From Promethearchaeota archaeon (GTDB lineage Archaea > Asgardarchaeota > Lokiarchaeia > Sigyniarchaeales > SOKP01), in assembly GCA_011364975.1 (NCBI GenBank), contig RDOE01000004.1:3316-67315 (forward strand): 64,000 nt of DNA, given 5' to 3'. How positions within the stretch are numbered: the first letter of the stretch is position 1; each line of letters starts with the position of its first letter. The notes under the pieces are model-generated. The model was not told the origin of the DNA. It ran no database searches and worked only from the letters and a program-made list of their open reading frames with translations. A program made the translations under genes and the position numbers. Below are positions 1 through 10,397 of this stretch, one piece after another.

Positions 1-28
1 AAAAGAAATCTATATATGAAAAAATAGG

Positions 29-3000
29 TTATAAATCTGGTATTAATTTAAGTAACGTAGCTACAGCACTTCCAATTTCTGTGGTTTGATTTAACTCATT
101 AATAAGATGAAGACTCTTTAGCTTTTCAATAGTTTTATCTATATCTTTTGATAATTTGAGATTTCTTTTATTTAAATATTTATTAATTTTCATAATGTCT
201 GTAGAGCCATCAAATATTGCAAATAGAATGTTTTTATCATCAGAATCCATGTGTTTTATATATTTTTGAAATTCGGCGATTAAATAATTTGTACGGGGAT
301 TGATTGCAAAGACAACTTTATCAGACTTAAGTTTTTGGATGCTCTCAAAAGATTTAATTTCCTCTATGCCTTTTGTTTTAAGATGGTTGATTAATTCTCG
401 TAAGTAAAAGTTAGATTCGAAATCTTCACTGCGAGCTATTACTATTATTTTTTTATCTACGTTATTTGGCATTGATGATTTGAGATAATCTTGGACTTTA
501 GTCTCTACGATTTGATGAGGATATAATAAGTCAGCTTCGAAAATATCCTCAATCATTTTTGTTACAGATGCGTCATCAAATACTTCACCAGAAAAGCTAA
601 TAAGTCTCTCCTTATAAACTTCTTCAAAAAAATGGTTAAAGAACTTAAGTTTCTCTTTTAAACTATTACTTGGGCGTCTTAAAAGGAGAAGTGCAACTCT
701 AGTATATTTACCTTCATTAAGTATAATTTTAAATTGTCTATAAGATAGCTCTTCTAATCCACCTACTCCTTCAGTAATCTTTGAACCAATTTCTTGTCCA
801 AATGAGGAAATGGCACTTAAAAAACCGGATATTAATGTCTCATCTATTGGTACATCCGCCAGACTTTTGCTAAAGCATGGGACTCCTCCATCACTAGTTA
901 GAATGATTATATATGGGATATTTTCCACATCAGATAATTTTTGATAAAGATTTTTCAAAGCTTCCACTTTCCTGCGTCTTTTTGGAACAACAACACCACG
1001 ATGTATGATAAAGATAAAAGCAACCAAAATTCCAACGGCAATTATGATATAAGGTACAAGATCTAGAAAGATTATGAATTCATTTATTACTCTGAAATTA
1101 GCGGAAGTTAATTGTGCGCTCTCATAATATTCTTCTCCAATATAATCAACTTTAATTTTATAATTATTTCCTACGGATAGGTCTAAAGATCCAATTGCAA
1201 TGCCATTTTCACAAATAGCAGTGAAATTATATATCAAATTATCATCATTATCTAGAATTTGAAAAAGGATAAATAACCCATCCAACGGATTACCTAATTC
1301 ATCGGTTACCCAAACTTCAAAAGAATAAGTACCATACATATATTGAGTTTGAGGAGGTTCTCTAAATTCCAGTTGGACTTGGATTTTTGGACTTATAGGA
1401 AAGCTAAAATTTAAAGAATACCCCTCTATTTTATTCGTCCCATCAAAAACAATGGTTAAATTTAAATCACCAGTAAAAGAGTTTGGTATGCCGTATAAAT
1501 AAACTAGCGTATTATTTTCCCCAATTAATCCCGTATAAATTTCTATAGTTGTTCCATATCTGAAAGTAAAAAATATCGGAAGATTCTGGAGGATTATTGA
1601 ACTATTTTCACAATAAAGATGTATTTCAAATCTTATAGTTTGACCAAATCTCATGACACTTGGTAATGGTTGCATGCTAAAGTTTGAAGTCCACTTTGGT
1701 TGGATTAGATCAAACTTTGAGGTGATATTATAAGCCACTGTGGTTGATCCGAGGTATTCGAAATATATTGTCAGATTCATCTTCCCATTAGCTATTTCCG
1801 GTATTTCATTATAACATAAACCGTTCTCATCTGTGTAAAGTTGATTGGTGACAAATGGGATATCAAGTTGATCATCATAATATGCTGAAAAGAAAATTAT
1901 TCGATTTTGAAGAGATTCACTCCCTTCTGTTATATTTATTTGTAAAGCATATCTAGCAGAATATCCAACTCTTAATACATTTGGATATTGAATAATGTTT
2001 AACATTATAGGTATTTTTCCTTGAATAATTTTCGTGATTTTCGCCGAAGATGCTGCAATACTGCTCTGTCCTTGATAATATGCATGGATAGTTATGTTCT
2101 GTCCTTTATATTGTTGAGGTATAATATATTGATAAGTGCTAATACCTTCGATATTTGTAATAGTTGTTATTATAAAATTCTCTGTTAGACCTACACTTAT
2201 ATTTAGATAAATGATTTGTCCTTGTATTGGGGTTGAATTTATAGCATAAGTTAATGTTGTTCTTATCTGAAACTCTTTTAATATTCTTAAAGTGGTCGGA
2301 ATTGAAATATCTAAAAGAGTAGCATCTTGAGGCAATATCGTAAAATTAATAATGTTACTTTGGCTATCTGCACAATTAATAGAAGAACCATTGATATATA
2401 TTGCATAACCTCCCGGTAAAAGACCCGATAGGTAAATTTGTTTCTGGTAAACCCCACTCATTAAGAATCCCAAAGATCCATTGAGTTTGAATGTTGTTCC
2501 TTGATATATATAATATGTTAAGTTAGCATTATTGTTTGGCTTTGGATTGAGGGGATCGATTTTATTAACAATAGTAGCGGTTGCTAAGATATTACCTTCT
2601 GCATATATCGGTTGAATATTTTGCAGTGAAATTTGAGTAGGAATTTTATCAATGAAGATAGTAATATTTACGTGTTTTATATCATAACCACTGGCGGAAC
2701 ATCTGATTTTTAAAGTTTCATTTTCAACAAACTGAGAATCCACTTTTTTAGTAGCATTTAATCCTGTTGTGTTCAATGTAAGATCATATAATCCATTTCC
2801 GATTTCTACAGCTTTAAAATAATTTTCAGTCATACCAATAGTACCAAGGACCAAACCTCCTGTTACAGGAATACCACCATCAGTTAAGTTGACCCGAATC
2901 ATACTATTAATGGTATCATTAACATAAGGAATATTATTAGACGATAAAACCCACTTCGAGTCTATTTCAGATGCGCCTGATACTATATTAAATTCGAAAA

Positions 3001-5794
3001 AATTTTCTGCTATAATCTTAAGAGAAGTGGTTAATACTTGCGTTTCATGAAGATATTTAGAAAACACAAAATAAATAGGATAAGTACCATTTGGGGCTCC
3101 TTCTGTGTATAGAGGAATCGAATAATTGCCTTGCCCTAAATAGGAGATATAACCAACTTGATAGGAACCAGTCCACACTCTTCCCCATAATCTAAGAGTT
3201 CCTGTAGAATTTTCATACACCTGTATCGTTGCACCAGATATCCCCCATCCTAAGTAAGTGGAATAATTGATCCCGAAATAGGCGGTCTCTCCAGAGGATA
3301 CTTGGCTAATCAATGAAGAAAATTCAGCATGAGTCTTATTAAGGATAAAAAACTCCATAATATAAGAACCAAATCGTAAAGCTTTACCAGTTTCAAGGTA
3401 ATTTGAGGTGTCATTCCAAAGAAATCGCAAATAATACTTCCCAATAGCATATTTTTCATCTAAATTTAGATTACCCTCTATTTTATCGTTATTTGAAGGA
3501 AAATGTTGAGGAAATTCGTTTAATAAGTTGCCAATTCCGTTGTATAGTTCAATCGTATAATTACCCATAGTAGATTCAAGCAAACTAAGATTATATAATA
3601 TTGAATTATAAGAATAAAAAGCTGGTAAACTCGAATATAGCACTGTGTTGTTAAACTTACCTGAAATAATGTAATTAGGTTGATATCCACGTAATGTCCA
3701 ATTTCCAAGCCTAAATGCACTAAAAATCGTAGCACTTTGAAGATTAAGGCTTGGTGTATGATTAAAAAGGAATAGATTCTCAGTAAAATCTGTTAAAGTG
3801 GGAGTTAATGCTTCGAAAATCTCCCAGTTTATACTATTTGATGCGTTTAAATCAAAAGCAGGCATATCAAGATATGAAATTGCATATCCAGATAAATTAA
3901 AGTATGGAGTATAATTCGCATAAAGCAATTGATTATAGGAAAAGCTATTGTCATATTTAATGTTCCATATACCTCTATCAGCGTTAGATCCAGGTATTGA
4001 ATAACTAGCAAAAGCTCCTAATGGTGTTTCAAAAGTGATTGCTAAACTTGATTTAAAGTTTAGGTATAATTTATCTTCTAAACTTAAATTATAAGTTAAA
4101 AATTGGAAACTATGTTCCGATCCTCCAATCCAATCGGAAATATTGATATAATGTACTCCCTCTGTGACATTATCCCATATAGGGGCGTTATCAGTATTGA
4201 TATATAAACGTGAATTAGAAATGGTTTGTTTGTAATTTATTGTAAAATAAACATCATCTAGATACGAGATGTAATCTATTTCATTATAATAATTGTTTTC
4301 AAATGCTACTCCGATTTTGAAGGCCAAATTATTTACCTTTAGGAGTTCTTCATATTCCTGGGAAAGACTAAAGCTCATATGGTGCCACGGTGTACCAGAA
4401 TAATCATCATAACTAACCTCTGCCATCGAAAAAGGAAGAACCCTTACATTTTGATAATTACTAGTTTCCAAGTCTCCAAGATAAAGGACTATAGAAGCAT
4501 CATTATCAAATTTAAAGGGATTTACTCCAGTACCATCAACATCAATTAATTTATAGCTGTAATCTAAACGAGCAACTTCATATTTCGTTGTGGTATTATA
4601 AAGGATTTCTATTGATTCAAAATTAACAGAAATTAAATCTTCATCTCCTCCATGGCTTGGAGCTCTAGCCCAAGCTCCAAAGTCAAATTTATTTATTCCA
4701 ACTAATCCATTGATTAAATTAGTTATGTTATAGGTACGCGATATAGTGCCATGATTGACATGGCCTATAATTTCTGGATTATTATATACCATTAGAGCAG
4801 TATCAGAACCATTATAAGGTATTTCTCCTTCCTTTGAAATCCAATTATTTCCATTGATGTACTTATTATTAATCCGAGCAATAATTTCATATTTATCTTC
4901 GGTTTCAAAGGTAGACTGTTCATCAAGACTCCATGTAATAGTCATTTGAGCATAATCTGCCTCATATGGTACTAAAATGTAATACCACCAAGCCGCTGAA
5001 GGGTTTCCTCCAAAAGAGTAACTACTTGGATCAATAATAAGCTTCAAACTTGAGAGTGATTCCTCGTAATATAAGTCTATGAAATCATAAAGAGGTTTGT
5101 AAATTCCACCATAAGGGCTTTCTGAATCCTTATAAAATCCTGGATTTGTGTTAAAAGAGTTAAAGTTTAATATAGTTTGATCTTCTTTCTGTATGATCCT
5201 CCCTCTTTGAATGGGTAAACTCTGAGGATTTATATCCAGTAAATTCTGTGTCCAAAAGGCAAAATCACCGGGGTAGAAAGCAGGGGTGCTTCTATCCTTG
5301 CTGTTATAGATTCTTGTTCTCCCATAATTATAATCCTTTAAATCGTATTGTATAAAATACCCATCACCACTCTGTCTTTTTTCTGTCCCCCAAAAATCGT
5401 ATTCATATTCAAAGGGAGAATCTTGAACTATTTGTTGTTTTGAATATGGTTCAATTTCAAATTGCATCGAAGATGCATTCCATAAGTTGGGTGTAGTGAT
5501 GTTAAAGTAATTATTTGGGACTGCGAGATGATCGTTTTCAGTAATTGTACTAGTAGCATTTTCAAGGGTTTTAAAATGAGTAGTATTAATTTTATTATAT
5601 CCTCCTATATCCCCAGAAATGTCAGATGAATGATAGAAACCTGGTTCATATGCAGGATCAAAATTCTGAGTATAATTATTATTATTTAAATCAACAATAC
5701 ATTCATTAAATTTAGACCCTTCAGAAATAACAAGAAATAAACAAAAAATAAATCCCATAATTGCGAATTGTGTAACTTTTTTATTTTTCTGCAA
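29..5794 (-). CDS. Giant (1921 aa) single-pass surface protein. It has an N-terminal signal/anchor, a very long sequon-rich beta-rich ectodomain with Ig-like repeats, one TM helix, and a roughly 320-aa cytoplasmic tail with a longin/roadblock-like alpha/beta module.
   Basis: Uninterrupted 5.8-kb ORF. Hydrophobic N-terminus FAIMGFIFCLFLVISEG. Dozens of N-x-S/T sequons (NITT, NASS, NATST and others). Hydrophobic span LVPYIIIAVGILVAFIFIIH is followed by basic PKRRRK. Tail motif is YIIILTSDGGVPCFSKS...DETLISGFLSAISSFGQEIG...FKIILNEGKYTRVALLLL. TTG start is preceded by a GGGGTGG SD-like box 6 nt upstream. Confidence 0.75.
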   Translation of the reverse strand: MQKNKKVTQFAIMGFIFCLFLVISEGSKFNECIVDLNNNNYTQNFDPAYEPGFYHSSDISGDIGGYNKINTTHFKTLENATSTITENDHLAVPNNYFNITTPNLWNASSMQFEIEPYSKQQIVQDSPFEYEYDFWGTEKRQSGDGYFIQYDLKDYNYGRTRIYNSKDRSTPAFYPGDFAFWTQNLLDINPQSLPIQRGRIIQKEDQTILNFNSFNTNPGFYKDSESPYGGIYKPLYDFIDLYYEESLSSLKLIIDPSSYSFGGNPSAAWWYYILVPYEADYAQMTITWSLDEQSTFETEDKYEIIARINNKYINGNNWISKEGEIPYNGSDTALMVYNNPEIIGHVNHGTISRTYNITNLINGLVGINKFDFGAWARAPSHGGDEDLISVNFESIEILYNTTTKYEVARLDYSYKLIDVDGTGVNPFKFDNDASIVLYLGDLETSNYQNVRVLPFSMAEVSYDDYSGTPWHHMSFSLSQEYEELLKVNNLAFKIGVAFENNYYNEIDYISYLDDVYFTINYKQTISNSRLYINTDNAPIWDNVTEGVHYINISDWIGGSEHSFQFLTYNLSLEDKLYLNFKSSLAITFETPLGAFASYSIPGSNADRGIWNIKYDNSFSYNQLLYANYTPYFNLSGYAISYLDMPAFDLNASNSINWEIFEALTPTLTDFTENLFLFNHTPSLNLQSATIFSAFRLGNWTLRGYQPNYIISGKFNNTVLYSSLPAFYSYNSILYNLSLLESTMGNYTIELYNGIGNLLNEFPQHFPSNNDKIEGNLNLDEKYAIGKYYLRFLWNDTSNYLETGKALRFGSYIMEFFILNKTHAEFSSLISQVSSGETAYFGINYSTYLGWGISGATIQVYENSTGTLRLWGRVWTGSYQVGYISYLGQGNYSIPLYTEGAPNGTYPIYFVFSKYLHETQVLTTSLKIIAENFFEFNIVSGASEIDSKWVLSSNNIPYVNDTINSMIRVNLTDGGIPVTGGLVLGTIGMTENYFKAVEIGNGLYDLTLNTTGLNATKKVDSQFVENETLKIRCSASGYDIKHVNITIFIDKIPTQISLQNIQPIYAEGNILATATIVNKIDPLNPKPNNNANLTYYIYQGTTFKLNGSLGFLMSGVYQKQIYLSGLLPGGYAIYINGSSINCADSQSNIINFTILPQDATLLDISIPTTLRILKEFQIRTTLTYAINSTPIQGQIIYLNISVGLTENFIITTITNIEGISTYQYIIPQQYKGQNITIHAYYQGQSSIAASSAKITKIIQGKIPIMLNIIQYPNVLRVGYSARYALQINITEGSESLQNRIIFFSAYYDDQLDIPFVTNQLYTDENGLCYNEIPEIANGKMNLTIYFEYLGSTTVAYNITSKFDLIQPKWTSNFSMQPLPSVMRFGQTIRFEIHLYCENSSIILQNLPIFFTFRYGTTIEIYTGLIGENNTLVYLYGIPNSFTGDLNLTIVFDGTNKIEGYSLNFSFPISPKIQVQLEFREPPQTQYMYGTYSFEVWVTDELGNPLDGLFILFQILDNDDNLIYNFTAICENGIAIGSLDLSVGNNYKIKVDYIGEEYYESAQLTSANFRVINEFIIFLDLVPYIIIAVGILVAFIFIIHRGVVVPKRRRKVEALKNLYQKLSDVENIPYIIILTSDGGVPCFSKSLADVPIDETLISGFLSAISSFGQEIGSKITEGVGGLEELSYRQFKIILNEGKYTRVALLLLRRPSNSLKEKLKFFNHFFEEVYKERLISFSGEVFDDASVTKMIEDIFEADLLYPHQIVETKVQDYLKSSMPNNVDKKIIVIARSEDFESNFYLRELINHLKTKGIEEIKSFESIQKLKSDKVVFAINPRTNYLIAEFQKYIKHMDSDDKNILFAIFDGSTDIMKINKYLNKRNLKLSKDIDKTIEKLKSLHLINELNQTTEIGSAVATLLKLIPDL

Positions 5795-6091
5795 TATATA
5801 CCACCCCTTTTCATGATATCAAGCGATTGTTCCTCTTCTTCTTAATATCATACCTATTAGAACTCATTTATCAAGTAAATATCCAATTATTTAAAATTAA
5901 GCTAATTTTGACAAAAAAATTTAAATAACCAGAAATTTATTTAATCGCCACAATATGCTTATACTATATGCTATTGTTAAGTTTGAACGAAAATGAGGTG
6001 ATTATTACTAAATAAGATTCTAAAAGTAATAAAATTTAGAAATTTTTAATTGGCAATAAAAAAACGGAAAAAAAATAGAAAAAAGTTAAAT

Positions 6092-6874
6092 TTACAAACC
6101 TTTTGGACCATTTTGGTATATATTGTAGGCCTCATCTACGGAGGCATTTTCATGGACGATTGCTCGTACAGCTTTTATCATCCCTATAGGACTGTCACTT
6201 TGAAAGATATTTCTTCCCATATCAACACCAACGGCACCTTTTTCAATCGCATCTTTAGCCATTTGTAATGCGTCTCTTTCCTCGACCTTTTTGCCACCTG
6301 CGATTACTACAGGTACAGGACAAATACTGGTGACATTTTCGAAATTCTCACAATAATAGGTTTTTACAAAAGTAGCACCCATTTCCGCAGCCATTCTACT
6401 TGCCATTCCCAAATATCGATCATCTCTAACCATCTCTCTACCAACAGCAGTTACAGCTAAGGTAGGTATTCCATATTCCTGGCCCCAATTGACTAATTTT
6501 GATAAATTCATGAGAGAGTTCTTTTCAAATTCTCCACCAATAAAAATTGAGCATGTAATGGCGGATACGTTTAACCTTATAGCATCTTCAATAGTAACAT
6601 TTATATCCTCATTAGATAATTCTTTTAACATACTTGCACCTGCTGAAACACGAAGAACAATAGGAATATCGTTATCAGGTGAAACGCAACTCCTTAACAT
6701 ACCCCGTGTAAGCATTAATGCATCAGCATGTTCAAATAGAGGATTCAGGTCTCCAAAGCATTTCAATTGTCCTGGAACGTTCCCAAAGTAACCATGATCC
6801 ACTGCAAGCATTACACAACGCCCTGATTTAGGTTTAATGATTCTCGATAAACGATTATGCATACCCCAATCCAT
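6092..6874 (-). CDS. Class I aldolase of the DhnA/FbaB/LsrF (DeoC-like TIM barrel) family. Could be fructose-bisphosphate aldolase or ADH synthase (AroA').
   Basis: 260 aa. Motifs MLAVDHGYFG, FVKTYY (Schiff-base Lys context), VVIAGGKK and GVDMGRNIFQ are typical of this family. Confidence 0.7.
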   Translation of the reverse strand: MDWGMHNRLSRIIKPKSGRCVMLAVDHGYFGNVPGQLKCFGDLNPLFEHADALMLTRGMLRSCVSPDNDIPIVLRVSAGASMLKELSNEDINVTIEDAIRLNVSAITCSIFIGGEFEKNSLMNLSKLVNWGQEYGIPTLAVTAVGREMVRDDRYLGMASRMAAEMGATFVKTYYCENFENVTSICPVPVVIAGGKKVEERDALQMAKDAIEKGAVGVDMGRNIFQSDSPIGMIKAVRAIVHENASVDEAYNIYQNGPKGL

Positions 6875-7030
6875 ACTATTATCACATCAATTAATTTTCT
6901 AAATAAATATTTCTTTAAAGAACTAATTAAGTATTAATCTAATATCTTTTTTTTACTTTTCTAAAGAAAATTGAGTACTCCCTTACAGAAATAGAGCTAG
7001 TATTCTTGTTAATAAAATTAAAAATGTGAC

Positions 7031-7876
7031 TTACTTAATTCTACTGCTAATTTCAGGTGATACTCTTCTTTCTAAAAATTTTTTAATTAATGTAACACGA
7101 TTTTTATTAATAGTGGAAACTATGAGTTTTTCCTTGAGTTTTTTAATCAATTCTTTCTCACTAATGGATCCTGAACTTTCTAAGAGTGAAGTTGTGAAAT
7201 CTACATCATTTATAAATTGAGAGATATAATGAGCTAAATATTTCAATTGATCTGTCTTATTGAGTCTTTCTAAAGCACTACTTAAGATTGATTTTTCAAA
7301 TTCATTATCAATTTCCCATGGTACTTGGATTATTAATCTGCGGTTGTTAATCAGAAATGCATTTTTTTGCTTATATTTAACCATATTATAGAAATAGTCT
7401 GCATTTGGGAAAACATATGAATCAAATTCTATATCTTTTATTACATTATCATTCTTATATTCATTTGGTATAGTATTATCTAATAGATCATTCAAATCCT
7501 CCAAACTTATTTCAAGGTCCTCATTTCTCACAATGTAGGTTGGATAATCAAATAATTTAGCATGAATGAATCCTGCTACACAATTGAATCCAAAAACATC
7601 AATTAATTTATCTAAAGATGTCTTTATATCTTCTTTAGGTGGTGATTGTATGGGTTCGACAGATATTGACGCATCAATTAAATCATATCCTACAATTTTT
7701 CCTTTGGTTGTTATAAATACTATAAAGTTATGACTTTCACATACAGCACCTTGAGGTACTTTAACTTTTACAGTGCCAAATTGTTTATTGGCAAAAAGGG
7801 AATTCGGAATACCAATCTCCTTTCCTTTCCCACATTTTGGGCAAGAAACTTCAAAATTTAGCAATTGTGTTTCCAA
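7031..7876 (-). CDS. Zn-ribbon protein of unknown function, paralog A of a tandem pair.
   Basis: 281 aa. N-terminal C-x2-C...C-x2-H module (VSCPKCGKGKEIGIPNSLF...VPQGAVCESHNFIVFITTKGKIVGYDLID). Colinear with the neighbouring 282-aa ORF. Confidence 0.6.
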   Translation of the reverse strand: METQLLNFEVSCPKCGKGKEIGIPNSLFANKQFGTVKVKVPQGAVCESHNFIVFITTKGKIVGYDLIDASISVEPIQSPPKEDIKTSLDKLIDVFGFNCVAGFIHAKLFDYPTYIVRNEDLEISLEDLNDLLDNTIPNEYKNDNVIKDIEFDSYVFPNADYFYNMVKYKQKNAFLINNRRLIIQVPWEIDNEFEKSILSSALERLNKTDQLKYLAHYISQFINDVDFTTSLLESSGSISEKELIKKLKEKLIVSTINKNRVTLIKKFLERRVSPEISSRIK

Positions 7877-8072
7877 AATAAACCTCTACCTCTTAATGAT
7901 ATAGTTTTCTATTATACATTTAGATTAGATAAATAAAAAACAATTATAATATATTCTTATATAACTTGGTAACTACAAATACGAAGATACTCTTCCTTAA
8001 AAAACTTACACATTTGCAAAAAAGGTTTTGATAGATTCTAGATAAACAATCTACTTTATAACTGATTTAAAG

Positions 8073-8921
8073 TTAAAGTAAGGCTAAAAAATCTTCAACT
8101 TTGCTCTTAATTTCGTCGGATAACTTTTTTGAAAACCTACGATTAATGAATTCTTTTAAAAGTAACAGGCGATAACGATTTATTCTAGGTTCCATTAAAT
8201 CTTGAGATAATTGATCAATTAGGTCATCCTCATAAATTATTTTAACCTTTTCTAATGCATTTTTCGCATATTCCGCCTCTTTGATTAACTTTTTTATGCC
8301 ACGTTTGAGAATTAAGAACTGTTCTTTTTCATCGAAAAATTCGAGAGCTTTCTCTATAAGATTCTCTTCAAATTTTAGCTTTAATTTTTGATCCCAAGGA
8401 GTTTGCAAGATATTTTGATGAGAGTCCATTATAAGTGCAGCATTTCCCTTTAAACGTATATTATCGTAATCGCTTTCATCAAGAAAGATAACTTTATTTG
8501 CTTCTCTATAAATTTCGGGAATTAAATTATCTAATATTCGGTTTATAAGAGCTAAAAATTTCTCATCCCTTTTTATTCTTAAGAGATATATTTGATAATT
8601 AAAAATCTTAGCATGAATTAGGCTAAGTATACCATATAGTCCAAAATTCCTAATAAAATAATTTAAGTTTAAGATCTCTACATTTTCTTTAGGTGGGCTT
8701 TCAGCTTTCATTAGCAAATCAATTGTCTCATATCCCATTATGTTACCTTTTGAATTTATAAAAACGATAAATTGGTGTTCTTTACAAACACCACCTTGAG
8801 GAACTTGGATCTTAATTATACCAAATCTTTTTTGAGTAAGAATTGATTGAGGAATTTGAATATTCTTTACAATTTCACAAATTGGGCAGGATACTTCAAT
8901 TTCTTTATAACTTTCCGCCAT
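8073..8921 (-). CDS. Zn-ribbon protein of unknown function, paralog B of a tandem pair.
   Basis: 282 aa. VSCPICEIVKNIQIPQSIL...VPQGGVCKEHQFIVFINSKGNIMGYETID. Shares the PPKE, HAK-F-Y and C-terminal helical regions with paralog A. Confidence 0.6.
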   Translation of the reverse strand: MAESYKEIEVSCPICEIVKNIQIPQSILTQKRFGIIKIQVPQGGVCKEHQFIVFINSKGNIMGYETIDLLMKAESPPKENVEILNLNYFIRNFGLYGILSLIHAKIFNYQIYLLRIKRDEKFLALINRILDNLIPEIYREANKVIFLDESDYDNIRLKGNAALIMDSHQNILQTPWDQKLKLKFEENLIEKALEFFDEKEQFLILKRGIKKLIKEAEYAKNALEKVKIIYEDDLIDQLSQDLMEPRINRYRLLLLKEFINRRFSKKLSDEIKSKVEDFLALL

Positions 8922-9089
8922 TTTTAACTAAATCTATTCCTGGTCACTAATAATAGTTAATTGAATTAGTCATAATTAATATAATATTTTATACTATCAA
9001 AAGGTATCATTTTTAACTAAACATGGTTTTTCTAATTTAGACTTAGGGATCAAATTTGAAATTAATACATATTTTAAGAGGGAAATAAT

Positions 9090-10370
9090 ATGAAATTAGA
9101 TATTTCTAATGAGGACTCTTACTTTATGTACAATTTTATCCAAGAGATTATAGATAAATGTGGGGCAAGGATGCCCTGCAGTCCCCAAGAACAAAAAGCA
9201 GCTTTAATGATAAAGAATGAAATGGATAAAGTCTGTGATAGTTGTGAGATTGAAAAGTTTTATTGTCATCCTCGTGCTTTTTTAGGATTCATTAAAGTAA
9301 TTATTGTACTCACTTTAGTTTCTTATATTGCATTTTTCTTTTTACCGTTAAATTTACCGTTTTATTGGATACAAGGGTTGACAACAACCTCATTTATACT
9401 AAATTTAATATCAATATTAATTTTATGGAACGAATTTTTTAATTATCGAGAATTTATCGACCCTTTATTTAAAAATAAAGAATCTCAGAATGTAATTGGT
9501 AAATTTAAACCAAAGGGAAAGTTGGAAAAAATCATAATCTTCTCAGGGCACCATGATAGTGCACTCCAGTTTAATTTATTAAAGACTCTTAAGATTGGAT
9601 ATCCAATAATAATATTTGCAGGTTTAATTGTTCTTTTTATTTGGTTCATTACATCTGGATTAATTTTTATCCTTTCTTTTGTAAATTTATTTGCTTTCCA
9701 AGATTTTTTCATATTTTCTATAGTTTTATTTATATTTGGAGTCCCCGCGTTAATATCTTTGTTTTTTTTTGTATCTTCCGGTGAGAAAGCAAATAAAGTT
9801 CCCGGAGCAGTCGATAATCTAAGCGCTGTTGGGATTGTGTTAGGTCTTGGACGATACTTGCAAAAAAATAAACATCTTATTCCAAATAATACGGAAATAC
9901 GATTAATATCTTTTGGGTGTGAAGAAGCGGGATTAAGAGGCGCTTACAGGTATGTAGAGCGCCATAAAGACGAATTAATGGAGTATGACGCCGAATGTGT
10001 AAATATGGATGCCATTCAAACCCCTCAGAGTATATCTATCATAAATTTCGAACCATCTACTCGAACTAAACACTCTGAGACTGTTGTAAATAAGTTAATT
10101 AAAGCTGCAAAAAATACAGAAATAAATATTACATCTTCATCTCTTGGAGGTTCTGGTTCATTTGAAAAAGTTTTTGGTCAAATTACCGGAGGAACCGACG
10201 CAACGGCATTTTCTAAATCAAATATTAAAGCAGCCAACATTTCTGCAATGAATCTAAAAAGGATGCTCGAATTCTACCACCAACCTGGTGATACTCCCGA
10301 TAAGATAGAAAAAGGAGCTCTTGAAAGTGTTTTAAAAGTGTGCTTAAACTATATCATGTTAGAAGATTGA
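9090..10370 (+). CDS. Membrane-embedded M28-family Zn metallopeptidase (aminopeptidase-like).
   Basis: 426 aa. Several hydrophobic helices interrupt a peptidase fold with ligand motifs SGHHDS, GCEEAGLRGA and YHQPGDT. Confidence 0.7.
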   Translation: MKLDISNEDSYFMYNFIQEIIDKCGARMPCSPQEQKAALMIKNEMDKVCDSCEIEKFYCHPRAFLGFIKVIIVLTLVSYIAFFFLPLNLPFYWIQGLTTTSFILNLISILILWNEFFNYREFIDPLFKNKESQNVIGKFKPKGKLEKIIIFSGHHDSALQFNLLKTLKIGYPIIIFAGLIVLFIWFITSGLIFILSFVNLFAFQDFFIFSIVLFIFGVPALISLFFFVSSGEKANKVPGAVDNLSAVGIVLGLGRYLQKNKHLIPNNTEIRLISFGCEEAGLRGAYRYVERHKDELMEYDAECVNMDAIQTPQSISIINFEPSTRTKHSETVVNKLIKAAKNTEINITSSSLGGSGSFEKVFGQITGGTDATAFSKSNIKAANISAMNLKRMLEFYHQPGDTPDKIEKGALESVLKVCLNYIMLED

Positions 10371-10397
10371 CAGAAAGAATTGAAAACTAAGAAGAGT

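Noticed and set aside
3520-3735. Short ORFs from the six-frame track that lie antisense to, or out of frame within, long genes. Examples: 3520..3735, 6050..6268, 6489..6791, 7026..7220, 9485..9712, 11917..12147, 13038..13220, 14844..15092, 15930..16118, 16966..17223, 17667..17855, 17964..18200, 19675..19923, 19969..20199, 20377..20577, 21050..21241, 25801..26004, 26464..26655, 27169..27441, 27718..27903, 28532..28729, 28603..28857, 33228..33446, 33974..34345, 34517..34744, 35775..36014, 36579..36770, 36954..37220, 38827..39069, 40701..41000, 44164..44460, 44869..45057, 45439..45702, 46462..46806, 48345..48542, 50283..50507, 50401..50589, 50984..51295, 53750..53950, 55685..55882, 57728..57928, 58963..59355, 60005..60187, 60617..60811, 61810..61992.
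   Set aside because: Each is fully overlapped by a longer ORF with recognisable family motifs. Their translations are low-complexity or Ser/Ile/Phe-rich with no motifs, which is typical of shadow ORFs.
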